The position numbers and the translations under genes are program-made. This document shows, in pieces, positions 10,519 to 20,757 of a stretch of DNA of 64,000 nt (positions are counted from its first letter, which is position 1; each line of letters opens with the position of its first letter). The notes beneath the pieces were generated by a model. The model had not been told where the DNA came from. It saw only the letters and a list, made by a program, of their open reading frames with translations, and did not search any database. The stretch lies in assembly GCA_963662465.1 (NCBI GenBank), contig OY759599.1, positions 1,408,001 through 1,472,000 on the forward strand. Reading direction: 5' to 3'. This DNA is from Desulfatiglandales bacterium. GTDB lineage: Bacteria > Desulfobacterota > DSM-4660 > Desulfatiglandales > Desulfatiglandaceae.

Positions 10519-11910
10519 ATGGATCTCGAAGATATCCTGAAGTCAGGTGAATCGGACAGAGTAGAGTTCAAACGCACATTCGGTAAAGAAGTCATCATTT
10601 CGCTTGCAGCCTTTGCCAACACCGAAGGGGGAAAGGTTGTGGTAGGGGTGGAGAACGCCGGGAAACCCACAGGCATTTCCATCGGCCCCGAAACCGAACA
10701 GCAGTATCTGAATGAGGTCAAGGTGGCTACCTATCCTCAGATTATGCCCCATCTGACCCAATACGAAATTGATCACAAAACCGTGCTGGTCTTTGAAATC
10801 AATGAATATCCCGTCAAGCCGGTCTCGTACAAAAACCGCTATTACAAGAGGGTGAAAAACAGCAACCATCTGCTTGCTCTGGATGAAATTATCGATTTGC
10901 GGCAACAAAGTCTCAATGTGTCCTACGACGCTTGCCCTCTGGAAGAAAATCCCGCTTCGCTGGATTCATCGTTGATGACCCGATTCATGGAAACGGCAGG
11001 TGCAACAGGCCGGGTCAATCTGCGGGATGACCTGTTTACTAATTTGTTGAAATTAAGGCTTATTCAAAGTGGAAAACCCACGCTGGCCGCCATGCTGCTA
11101 TTCGGCAACCATGGGTATGCCATCCATGCAGGTCGGTTCAAGTCTCCGGAAACCATCATCGATGATTTCTACACAAAGGCCCCCCTCCCAAGAGCACTGG
11201 AAGAGGTCATGGTCTTTATCAAAAAGCATATCAATCTTTCCTTCCATTTTGACGGAAGTCTTCAACGAAAAGAACGCTGGCAATATCCCTTAGAGGCCAT
11301 TCGAGAGTTGCTGTTAAACGCCGTAGTACATCGGGATTACAAAAACGCTTCGGATATTGTCATCAAAATCTTTGACGAAAAGATGCTCATCACAAGTCCC
11401 GGCAGGCTGTTCGGAAAACTCACCATCGCGGACCTCAAGCGCGACGACTACAGTTCGTCCATTCGAAACAAACTTCTTGCCGAGGCATTTTATCTGACGG
11501 GCGATATTGAGAAATACGGGACAGGCTTCATCCGGATACGACATTGGTTGAAGGCTTATCCCGAAATCCGATACGATATCCGCGAATCCGGCGACGCTTT
11601 CATCGCCGAACTTTTTTACCCTGGAACAGACGGCCTGAGAACCGAGGTCAAAGACCTAAGAAAAGACCTAAAAACCGAGGTCAAAAACCTAAGAAAAGAC
11701 CTAAAAACCAACCATGGGCTTTCTGAAATACAGGCGGAAATCATTTTCGCAGTTCTTGAGAGCGAATTGATTACCCAACAGAAATTGTCGGAACGGATCG
11801 GAATTTCGCCTCGGAATATTCGAAAAAACATGGATGTCCTGAAATTGAAAGGGCTGCTTAAGCGAGTCGGTCCCCAAAAAGGTGGCCGGTGGAAGGTAAT
11901 CCTGCCCTAA
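10519..11910 (+). CDS. AlbA_2 DNA-binding domain / ATP-binding protein with C-terminal HTH
   Basis: GESDRVEFK, AFANTEGG, YPLEAIRELLLNAVVHRDY, SPG, IEKYGTG, RVGPQKGG.W; GAGGAG RBS. Confidence 0.88.
   Translation: MDLEDILKSGESDRVEFKRTFGKEVIISLAAFANTEGGKVVVGVENAGKPTGISIGPETEQQYLNEVKVATYPQIMPHLTQYEIDHKTVLVFEINEYPVKPVSYKNRYYKRVKNSNHLLALDEIIDLRQQSLNVSYDACPLEENPASLDSSLMTRFMETAGATGRVNLRDDLFTNLLKLRLIQSGKPTLAAMLLFGNHGYAIHAGRFKSPETIIDDFYTKAPLPRALEEVMVFIKKHINLSFHFDGSLQRKERWQYPLEAIRELLLNAVVHRDYKNASDIVIKIFDEKMLITSPGRLFGKLTIADLKRDDYSSSIRNKLLAEAFYLTGDIEKYGTGFIRIRHWLKAYPEIRYDIRESGDAFIAELFYPGTDGLRTEVKDLRKDLKTEVKNLRKDLKTNHGLSEIQAEIIFAVLESELITQQKLSERIGISPRNIRKNMDVLKLKGLLKRVGPQKGGRWKVILP
11641..11709 (+). repeat. 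33-bp tandem repeat x2 within the CDS
   Basis: ACCGAGGTCAAAGACCTAAGAAAAGACCTAAAA repeated with 1 mismatch. Confidence 0.9.
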
Positions 11911-11936
11911 ATTGGTTCGTCCCAAATGGAGAAGTA

Positions 11937-12224
11937 ATGACAATCCCTGATTTTCAAACCATTATGACTGACCCAGTCACTGACCCGTTCACTGACCCAG
12001 TAAAGCGGCTTTTACATTTTTTGGATACCAAGAAAAGCAGCAGCCAATTGCGTGAAACCCTGAATGTAACGCATCGTCACTATTTCTGCCTCCAATACAT
12101 CCAACCGGCTCTTGAAATGGGGTTGATCGAATACACGATTCCCGAAAAACCGAGCAGTTGTCTGCAGCGTTACAGGCTTACGAGAAAGGGAAGGGGCACT
12201 GAAGATGTGAAAGGGGCTTCGTAG
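11937..12224 (+). pseudogene. Chimeric fragment: Mrr-like first 10 codons fused to Fic-type C-terminal HTH
   Basis: MTIPDFQTIM resembles Mrr N-termini; TDPVTDP...YIQPALEMGLIEYTIPEKPSS.LQRYRLT resembles the Fic-associated HTH tail. Confidence 0.65.
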
Positions 12225-12229
12225 TAAAT

Positions 12230-12289
12230 CCGGGGACACCTTATTTATTTTTTTGAGGATGCATTTCGAATTAAGTAAGGTGTCCCCGG
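12230..12289. repeat. Short inverted-repeat element (GGGGACAC...GTGTCCCC)
   Basis: CCGGGGACACCTTATTTA / TAAGTAAGGTGTCCCCGG, 17/18 complementary. Confidence 0.85.
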
Positions 12290-12379
12290 AATTCTTAAAA
12301 TTTTCCTATTCTGAAAGCGAATCGGCCCTCAGCATAAATCAAAAAATGACAGAGAAGGAATATCGTAGCTTGTTGAAGA

Positions 12380-13056
12380 TTTATCCTTCGCAGCCTGAAA
12401 CACATCTTCAGTTGAAAAACCTCCGCGATGAGTCTCAGATGTTTCTCAGTAAGGAAGATCTAAAAGATCTTGATACCTACGCAAAACGTATTCGTGGGGA
12501 AATTCTTTTTGCCGGCGCCTGGCTGTTGTGTGAAGGGCAAAGTGAGTATCTATTGTTGCGTTACTTTGCCGATTTGATGGGAAAACCATTTGATCAAATG
12601 GGAATTTCCGTCATTGATTTTCAAAATAATGGTTCACCTGGCGCATTTGTCGCGCTTGCAAGGGCTTTTGAAATTCCTTGGATTATGATTTGCGATAACG
12701 ACAGCGGGGGCAAAGATTTCGTTCGGCAAGTCAAGGAACGGGGATTAACAGATGAAGAAATTGAAGAGTTGATCCACCTGCTTCCGGGTGACGAAGGGAC
12801 GGATTTAGAGGCATTCCTTCTAAATAATGGGTTTGTTGATGAGTATGTACAGATACTTGACGATAAAGGCGTTGCTCTCGGCAAAACGAAAGGGGAAGCG
12901 GGATTCAAGACGGAATTATCTCAAAAAATAAGGAATGATAAGGTTGTTTACGCACGTTTGTTAACCGAGAAGCTGAGAACATGTAAAGCAGATGTGAGTC
13001 GGGTGCCAATATTTATTCGTGAAGTTCTGAACCATTTATTTGCGAGGATATCATAG
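12380..13056 (+). pseudogene. C-terminal TOPRIM part of an OLD-family nuclease (GajA-like), ATPase lost
   Basis: EILFAGAWLLCEGQSE, GISVI, IPW.MICDND, DLE motifs; start boundary approximate. Confidence 0.75.
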
Positions 13057-13057
13057 G

Positions 13058-14962
13058 ATGTCTACAGAGGAATTAGCGGCGGCCTTAGAAGGGTTAAGCA
13101 ATGTTCAGAAGGAGACCGTGTTAACGGATCAACTGCCTTTGCTGCTGTTGGCCGGCCCTGGCTCAGGAAAGACCCGGGTACTGACCTGTCGTATCGCATT
13201 AACGCTAAAAGAGACCATCGGTAAAAAATTCCGGGTACTCGGTCTGACCTTTACCAATAAGGCGGCGGACGAAATGCGGTCACGAGTGACAACCCTGATA
13301 CCTGAGGAACAAAGCCGTCTATTTTTGGGAACTTTTCATTCATTTTGTGCCGATGTATTGCGGCAACATGGGACACATCTGGGTATCAACCCAAATTACA
13401 ATATCTATTCCCAAAAAAGAGACTTGGAAGCTGTTTTAAATGATGCGGTTGAAGCAGCAAAAAAAACATCTGAAATTATCAGCAATCTGGATAAAAAACT
13501 GTTGCCTGTTATTCAACGGTTGAAGTTGCGCCTGATTTTTCCTGAAAATTGCGTCGGTGAATTTCAAGATGAAAACATTGGTGAAAGGGTCGCAATTATT
13601 TACCCGGCTTACGAAGCAGAGCTGGCTAAACGTAATGCGCTTGATTTTAATTCATTGATATTGAAAACATATCAGTTGTTTGAAAAATTTCCGGCTTTTG
13701 CAAAGCGCTACAGGACCGTGTATCCATATATTTGCATAGACGAATTCCAGGATACAAACAGAGCTCAATACAACCTTATTCGGGCGCTTGTAAAAGATGA
13801 AAACAGGAACCTGTTTGTTGTCGCTGACGATGACCAGATTATCTACCAATGGAATGGCGCCAGCCATAAGCGCATTATGCAATTTATGGATGATTTTTCG
13901 CCAAAAGTTGTACAACTGCCAATGAACTACAGATGTCCTCCGGAAATTGTGAAGCTGGCTAATCGCCTTATCCAACACAATTTTCACAGAGCAACCGGGA
14001 AAGAACCTCTTGAAGCCTTTAAACCGTCATTCGGTGAAGGAGCAGTTCGTCTTCTTCCGGCTTATCCGAACTACGACAGTGAAGCCGATGGAATTGCTGC
14101 GGATATTAAGAACCTTCATTCCAGACAATTTGACTCGGTAGTGGTTCTGGGCAGGAATCGTAGACTTCTGGAAGGAGTCGAACGGTCACTGAAAAAGGAA
14201 AAAGTTCCAGCCGTTATTTCCCAGAGAAAAGATGAATTTACAAGCTCACCTTTAGTATGGCTTCATTCTGTTCTGCGTCTTGCCAATGACAGGCAGAACA
14301 AAGATTATCTGGAAGCTGTTTGTGGTGCATTCGCACAACTGACCCATGTGGACGTTGATCCGGAGGATGTCATAACACAGGCCCGTGCGGGAAATCGAGA
14401 CTACCTGCAGCATTGGGTTAAACTCATCCAAAAAATATCTATAACTGCCCATGCCGAAGAGGCAATTGATCATGTATCCCGATATCTTGGGGAAGGCAGA
14501 GACTACCGTGGTTTTAGTCGGTTCGCGATTGAATGGTTCGGCAGACTTATTCAAGACAGAGTTGCTCCCAACAACGACCCAATAGCAGAAGAATTCAGCC
14601 GATATGAAGAAGAACGCACTGTATGGGAAAACTTGACGAGAGAAATAACGTCGTCTTTAGGACGTGAAACAACCTTGGAGGCATTTTTGCAGGAATTGGA
14701 GATGCATTCAAAAGAATCGCCTCCACAACCCAACACAGTGCTTCTAATGACAATTCATGGCGCCAAGGGGAAGGAATTCGACCACGTTTATCTTATGGGG
14801 CTTGTTGATGATGAACTCCCTTCTTTCCAAAGTAAAAAGAAAGGTAATGATAGCCCGGAGATGGAAGAGGAAAGACGCAATTGCTTCGTTGCGATAACAA
14901 GATCCATGAAGACGTTAACCCTCAGTTATTTAGCCGAAACCCGAAAACAACCCAACCCCTAA
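13058..14962 (+). CDS. UvrD/REP superfamily I helicase (GajB-like context); extreme C-terminus probably replaced
   Basis: AGPGSGKT, TFTNKAA, IDEFQD, DDDQ.IYQW, NYR, TIHGAKGKEF, EERR..FVAITR. Confidence 0.9.
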   Translation: MSTEELAAALEGLSNVQKETVLTDQLPLLLLAGPGSGKTRVLTCRIALTLKETIGKKFRVLGLTFTNKAADEMRSRVTTLIPEEQSRLFLGTFHSFCADVLRQHGTHLGINPNYNIYSQKRDLEAVLNDAVEAAKKTSEIISNLDKKLLPVIQRLKLRLIFPENCVGEFQDENIGERVAIIYPAYEAELAKRNALDFNSLILKTYQLFEKFPAFAKRYRTVYPYICIDEFQDTNRAQYNLIRALVKDENRNLFVVADDDQIIYQWNGASHKRIMQFMDDFSPKVVQLPMNYRCPPEIVKLANRLIQHNFHRATGKEPLEAFKPSFGEGAVRLLPAYPNYDSEADGIAADIKNLHSRQFDSVVVLGRNRRLLEGVERSLKKEKVPAVISQRKDEFTSSPLVWLHSVLRLANDRQNKDYLEAVCGAFAQLTHVDVDPEDVITQARAGNRDYLQHWVKLIQKISITAHAEEAIDHVSRYLGEGRDYRGFSRFAIEWFGRLIQDRVAPNNDPIAEEFSRYEEERTVWENLTREITSSLGRETTLEAFLQELEMHSKESPPQPNTVLLMTIHGAKGKEFDHVYLMGLVDDELPSFQSKKKGNDSPEMEEERRNCFVAITRSMKTLTLSYLAETRKQPNP

Positions 14963-15013
14963 AAACAAACAAAGCGACAAAGGGTAAGATGGAGCAGAAA
15001 AAGCGACGGAATC

Positions 15014-15170
15014 AATCCTCAGCGAACTGATTGAGAAAAAAAATCGATTCCCAATGCTGAGGACATGGTCGTCTCGATCGACATTATCACCGACTATTAT
15101 GATGTGTCGGGTGAACTGCTTTATGAGAATCCGGAAGTTCTCTGATGCCTTTGAAAAAGCCGGGATTTAG
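15014..15170 (+). pseudogene. C-terminal fragment of unknown protein (copy 3 of 3, internally deleted)
   Basis: Homologous to 7983-8205 with the middle missing. Confidence 0.75.
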
Positions 15171-15224
15171 CTTCCCCCTATATCAACAGGCCAACGCAAA
15201 AAAGGGGATACTACCTTCTGAAAA

Positions 15225-15468
15225 CAGCGTATATCGCTGACAAACCGATCGATTCCAGGAACAAATGGACTGGGTGGAACTGGTACACAAATGTGAATAT
15301 TACACCAGTGCTGAAATTGAAAATCTGGTGAATGTGGCCGCGAACCTTGCCTTTCAGGCGGGAAAGCGCATCGGTGCAGAAGATTTATACCAGGCCATGA
15401 AGGAAAACCCGCCGGCGCTTTCGGCTGAGAAGATAGAAAAAATGCGGTCGCGGATCGGGTTTTTGTGA
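15225..15468 (+). pseudogene. C-terminal lid fragment of an AAA+ ATPase
   Basis: DW.ELV...E.YTSAEIENLVN.AA and terminal RIGF; start approximate. Confidence 0.55.
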
Positions 15469-15487
15469 AATCAATAACAGGTTTGAA

Positions 15488-16379
15488 ATGAACAAAGACT
15501 ACCTCCAATCCCTAATCAAAAACATCACCGTATGGAAACGCGGCGCCCAGCGCGCTCCCCATAAACCCCTGCTTTTGCTGTATGCCCTGGTCCGCAGTCT
15601 TCGAAACAGTGACAGATTCATCCCCTACACTGAAATTGACAAAAAACTCAAACAACTCCTCATGGATTTCGGCCCCAGTCGAAAAAGTTATCACCCGGAA
15701 TACCCCTTCTGGCGACTCCGGAATGACGGCATCTGGGAACTCAAAGACTCGGGAAACGTCAGGATTATCAGCAGCTGTGATCCCCGCAGAGGCAATCTGA
15801 TGGGTCAGAATGTCAGTGGCGGATTCATCAAAGACATATTCGATCTCGTAACCGCCCATCCGGAAACCGCCACCGAACTTGCAACCTCCATCCTGGAAGC
15901 CAATTTTCCCGCTTCCATCCATGAAGATGTTCTTCAGGCCGTGGGGCTGGATCTGGAATTCAAGACCCCTGAAAAGCGAAAAAGGGACCCGTATTTCCGA
16001 GATCGGATTATTCGGGCTTATGAGTATCAGTGCGCGGTGTGCGGATTCAACGTGCGCGTGGGCAATACCCTGGTGGCTCTGGAGGCGGCCCATATCAAAT
16101 GGCATCAGGCGGGCGGACCCGGATGTAGAGGAAAACGGCATCGCCCTGTGCGCACTTCATCATAAGCTTTTTGACCGGGGCGCATTTACGGTTTCACCGG
16201 AACTGCGGATTGAAGTGTCGGATAGGGCTCATGGTACGCAGGGGTTCCAGGAGTGGTTGTCAGCTTATCACGGAAAATCGCTTCGAGCACCCCAGCGGCC
16301 GGATTTTTATCCGGAGCCTCGATTTGTAAAGTGGCATGTACGCGAGGTGTTTCAGGGGGAGGCGCGGTATGGTCTGTGA
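15488..16379 (+). pseudogene. SBD-HNH phosphorothioate-recognising restriction endonuclease, frameshifted near 16120
   Basis: RAPHKPLLLL and YPFWRL sulfur-binding motifs; CAVCG..LEAAHI then NGIALCALHHKLFDRG in the next frame. Confidence 0.85.
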
Positions 16380-16451
16380 AAGGGGTTTTTGATAATTCCG
16401 GGAACCAATTGGGACGTCCATAAAATTATTGATCCTTGGGGTCGGACCAAG

Positions 16452-16508
16452 TTAACCAATAAATTCAGCCGACGCAAAAAGCCGCGCGGCTGATTAGCGG
16501 CGTTGCTG
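16452..16508 (+). other. Integron attC-like site
   Basis: TTAAC-CAATAAATTCAGCCG-ACGCAAAAAGCCGCG-CGGCTGATTAG-CGGCGTTG hairpin architecture. Confidence 0.7.
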
Positions 16509-16617
16509 AGGCAAAAGAGGTCAGAAGAATAGTAAAAAATGGTTGAACGGTCAAGAAACCTAAAAAAAACGGCCCTGTAATTTTGAAAATGAAAAACGCA
16601 GTTCTGGAGCATTGATC

Positions 16618-17638
16618 ATGGCGACCAACATCGTTAAAACATCATTTTATAATGAAATTCGTCATATTCTTCATGTTGCGAGGAACAAGGCATATTCCGC
16701 TGTAAACACCGCCATGGTAGAAGCTTACTGGATGATAGGCAAACGTATTGTCGAAGAAGAACAGCTGGGAGAGAAACGAGCAGGCTATGGGCAGGAATTA
16801 ATCAAAAACCTTTCAAAAGAGCTGCAATCCGAGTTTGGCAAGGGTTTTTCAGTGGCGAACCTTAAAAATTTCAGGCAGTTTTATCTGACTTTCGCCGAGG
16901 ACGAAAAAGGCTACACTCTGTGTAGCCTATTGAGTTGGTCCCACATCCGCCTTATTATGCGAATCGATAACGTCAAAGCGCGAACCTATTATTTGACGGA
17001 AAGCAAGGCGGAAAACTGGAGCGTGAGACAGCTCCAAAGAAACATTATCTCCTGTTATTATGAGCGCTTGCTTTCGTCTTCCGACAAAGAGGGTGGCTCG
17101 GCTCTCGATCTCCCGGAAACAACAAACGACACACGCGACTTCATCAAAGACCCTTACGTGCTGGAATTTCTCAACTTGCCGGAACATGCAAAATTGCAGG
17201 AATCCCGTTTTGAGCAGGCCATCATCTCAAACCTGCAGGCGTTTTTACTGGAAATGGGCAAAGGTTTTTCCTTTGTAGCCAGGCAGTTCCGAATCAGCAC
17301 TGAGGCCAGTCATTTTTACATTGATCTTGTTTTTTACAATTACTTGCTCAAATGCTTTGTCATAATCGTTCTGAAAACAGGTAAACTCACCCACCAAGAT
17401 ATCGGCCGGATGGATATGTATGTACGCATGTTCGACGATCTTAAGCGCGTCGAAGACGACAATCCCACAATCGGCATCATATTATGCGGCGACAAAGAAG
17501 AAACCTTGGTCAGATATTCCGTTTTGAAAAACAGCGAACAGCTTTTTGCATCTACCGACTTGTTTTGCCCACAGAGCAGGAACTCGAAGCTGAACTTGAG
17601 AGGGAAATACGAATGATTGAAGCGATGGATAGGCACGG
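16618..17638 (+). pseudogene. DUF1016 (YhcG-like) PD-(D/E)XK nuclease, frameshift near 3' end
   Basis: AVN..MV..YW.IG, GFS..NL, LSWSH, IKDPY.LEFL, FLLEMGKGF, YIDLVFYN, DNPTIGIILC; tail leaves frame after LFAS. Confidence 0.85.
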
Positions 17639-17673
17639 GGATAAATGAAGCATAGAACATCGAAAAACAGTAT

Positions 17674-17751
17674 CCGGAAATCAATCGCTACACGCGGAAC
17701 CGAGGTTTGCGCACCGCTTCGCCCCCGGCGCCGGTGAGCTTGTCGATGTAA
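17674..17751 (+). other. Degenerate attC-like site after DUF1016 gene
   Basis: AAATCAATCGCT-A-CAC...CGCTTCGC...CCGGTGAGCTTGTCGATG; L boxes pair, R' GTT appears mutated. Confidence 0.5.
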
Positions 17752-17957
17752 GGATCGGATCTACAAAGACCAAAAAGATGGGGTGTTTTAATTTTCAGAC
17801 TTTGGAGGCAAGCCCATACCCATTCAATTTATCAAACGTCAAAAAGGCCTTTTTTGTATCCGATCACGGGGTACGTTAGCTTTGTGAAATTCACGCCAAG
17901 TCCTGTGTCAAATGGATCGAAAAATCGACACTGAGAATTTAAAAGAACCGTCAGGCA

Positions 17958-18401
17958 TTGTATTTTTATCGAGATCTCCTGAATCAAATTGATCCAGTGC
18001 TCAGAATCTACGTTGGCGCCGGCGAAATGCTTTATGGGGACGCTCATATGGCCGATATAATCAAAATCCACAAACGTTCCGGAAAAGTAACTTACTTTAT
18101 TTACGACAAGTTCGAAAAAAGCCCGCTTCCAGAACTCATCCAGCGCGTCAAAGTCAATTTAAGAACTCAGCGGGTGGATGTTTTTGAACAAGAGAAGGGA
18201 TCGTGGCAACAGCTGCTCTACTTTAAAGAAAGGTTCGTTGCAAGGGGCCATCCGCTTCGACCAAAATGGGAAAAATACAACCTTAAGCTCCGAAAAATCG
18301 GGTTGCATGAGAATATGGGGTTGGGGCCGAGTAAGGAAGAGTTTTTGGTTATGCTTGAGGCTCAAAGTTTGACTCTTCATCTGAATAAGAAAAGAAAATA
18401 A
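17958..18401 (+). pseudogene. C-terminal fragment of DNA phosphorothioation-associated putative methyltransferase
   Basis: LRIYVG..E.LYGD..ADIIKIH..SGKV..YD.F...PLP.L..RVKVNLR pattern; N-terminal part absent. Confidence 0.65.
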
Positions 18402-18515
18402 GTTCGTAGCCACCGTCATTTTGAATTTTTTCGCAGGCCTTGAAATTGAAAGAGCATTCAAGATTTTTGCATAATAAAAATTGAATATTGTGAAAAGGGG
18501 GCTCAGTCTCAATCA

Positions 18516-19424
18516 ATGGAACAACTAAACCTTTTTGGTATGCCCGAAATGTTCTTGGGAGATTATCACAGGGCCATTAAAAGGGGAGACTGGGAGGCTT
18601 TGCCGGGGATTATCTTATCCCTCGATGAACCACGGAACAGTCCTCCTGATTGGCAAAACAAGAAACGTTTTTGGGAGAGTGAGCTGTTAAAACTCAAGGA
18701 AAAAGAGAACGGATCTCCAAAGAAGATGGCCGCCTATTGGGAGACACTTCTCTTGAATTATCCTGAGACCGGCTTGAAGGCGGAGCTTGCCAATCTGCAG
18801 GGCTACTGGTTTACCCGTTTGGCTGATAAATTTCGGGGTGAAGATTTTGATTATCTCACGGACAATATTCATCCGGTCTTCTGCCTCGTGAAAATCGGTC
18901 GCTATCAAAGTGCTGGCCGAATGGCCCTCAGATATCTCAATGAAATAGGGGAAAATGCTCGGCTAAGAACGTATTAGTCCTTTTGTTTTGACAAAATGAA
19001 TATGAAAAGTAAGGCAATTACGGCTCTGAGTTTTGCGCTGTTTTATGATCCCCTATCGGTTGATATGCAATTCGTTTTTAATGAAAAGGTAAAAAGTATA
19101 TTTGAAACCCTGAAAGAGGATTATGCGGATCGCAGGTTTGTTCGCGCAAGATGGCCCTTTGAGTGCTGGCTATCGCGATTGCTTGAGATCCCGATGGACA
19201 AAGAACTTGTGAATAGAATGTCTGAGATTTGCCAAGGAAGTTTTTTGACGAAGGATGTTCAAACGGATTTTGAGGCGCAGATATATTTCAACCGCTTGCT
19301 CTATCTCGCCGAGGTGATCAGAAAGGAAACACCCCTTGTCACCAACGAGGTCCTGAATATTCGAAATCGCATGAAAGCCATCAATGGCGATGCCTTTAAG
19401 AGATATATGGCGGGCATTGTTTAG
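18516..19424 (+). pseudogene. Hypothetical helical protein with N-terminal QLNLF motif, split by in-frame TAG (18975-18977)
   Basis: ORFs 18516-18977 and 18996-19424 are in the same frame with only that stop between them. Confidence 0.55.
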
Positions 19425-19571
19425 AGTAAGACGCGGCGATTCTTGGAAGTCGGTTTCCGGGATTGAAGTCAGTTGAATTAGCAGATAGAAATTTCGTTAT
19501 GCGTCAAAGAGATCATTTACGCTTGAACATAAGCGCAATAAACGGGCAGCATCTTTTTGAAAGGAAACCAG

Positions 19572-20510
19572 ATGATTATCAGTGCCAGCAGGCGGACCGA
19601 TATCCCCGCCTTTTATGCGGAATGGTTTATGAACCGCATTCGGGAAGGTTACTGTACCGTTCCCAACCCATTCAACGCAAAGCAGGTGTCGCGCATATCC
19701 CTGAGGCCCCGGGATGTAGACGTTATTGTCTTCTGGACCCGATATGCCCGGCCCCTCCTTCCCCATCTGGAAGAACTGGACAGGCGTGGATTTCGATATT
19801 ACTTCCTTTATACCCTGATGAACAATCCCAGAGCGCTGGATCCAAAATCACCCAACCATGAAAAATCCATGGAAACCTTCCGTACACTGAGTGAGCGGGT
19901 GAGTAAAAACAAAGTCGTATGGCGATATGACCCGATTGTCTTTAGCACCATCACGAATCCGGATTTCCATATGGAAACTTTCCAGCGCCTCGCCGAGAAA
20001 TTGCATGGGCATACCCGAAGGTGCATCATCAGCTTTGTGGACATATACCGTAAGGCAACGGGACGACTTCGAGTACTGGAAAAAAAAGGCATTCGCATAT
20101 ATGAGCAGGAGGCTGAGGAACTTTATCGGCTCATGGAAACCATGATCGCTGCGGCTACGGCAAACGGAATGGATCTCCGCACCTGTGCGGAAGAGCAGGG
20201 GGTCTGTTCCAAAAATATACTGCCCGGAAAATGCATTGATGACCGCCTGATTCAGAAAGTTTTCGGACTGGATGTTACACACCGGAAGGACCCTTCCCAG
20301 CGCCCGGCCTGTGGCTGTGTCGCCAGCCGTGATATCGGGATGTACGATACCTGCCGATTCGGCTGTGTGTACTGCTACGCAACGGCCAGTTTTGAGAGGG
20401 CCAGGGAACGGTATCAACAGCATGACCCTGCTTCCCCTTCATTGACGGGTCGCTTCGAAGCCACCACTTCACAAAAGAAAAAAACCCGTCAACGCAGTTT
20501 GTTTGAATAA
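19572..20510 (+). CDS. DUF1848 family protein
   Basis: MIISASRRTDIPAFY, VFWT, WRYDPI, CGC..SRDIG.YDTC..GC.YCYA. Confidence 0.93.
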   Translation: MIISASRRTDIPAFYAEWFMNRIREGYCTVPNPFNAKQVSRISLRPRDVDVIVFWTRYARPLLPHLEELDRRGFRYYFLYTLMNNPRALDPKSPNHEKSMETFRTLSERVSKNKVVWRYDPIVFSTITNPDFHMETFQRLAEKLHGHTRRCIISFVDIYRKATGRLRVLEKKGIRIYEQEAEELYRLMETMIAAATANGMDLRTCAEEQGVCSKNILPGKCIDDRLIQKVFGLDVTHRKDPSQRPACGCVASRDIGMYDTCRFGCVYCYATASFERARERYQQHDPASPSLTGRFEATTSQKKKTRQRSLFE

Positions 20511-20757
20511 GGTCGACGCAAATGTCAGATGAAAAAACATCGGTCTTTCCTGAGGTCCTTGAAACGCTGAAAAGCATCATTGCACCCGGACGAAGGGATC
20601 GCATCAGTCCCTTTAAGAATATTGAACCGTATTCTGAAAAAGTTATCGAAAGCATGATACGAAGATGGAAGATTTTTTCGTGATCTTGGGCATGTCGTAC
20701 CCATGGAAAAAGGACGGAAACAAGATGCTTTATATCTTTTAAGAAGGAGGATGTTTA

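Noticed and set aside
11641..11709. 33-bp tandem repeat as a contingency locus
   Set aside because: In-frame linker repeats are common before the HTH in this protein family.
12380..14962. Functional Gabija system
   Set aside because: The OLD gene lacks its N-terminal ATPase; only a remnant can be supported.
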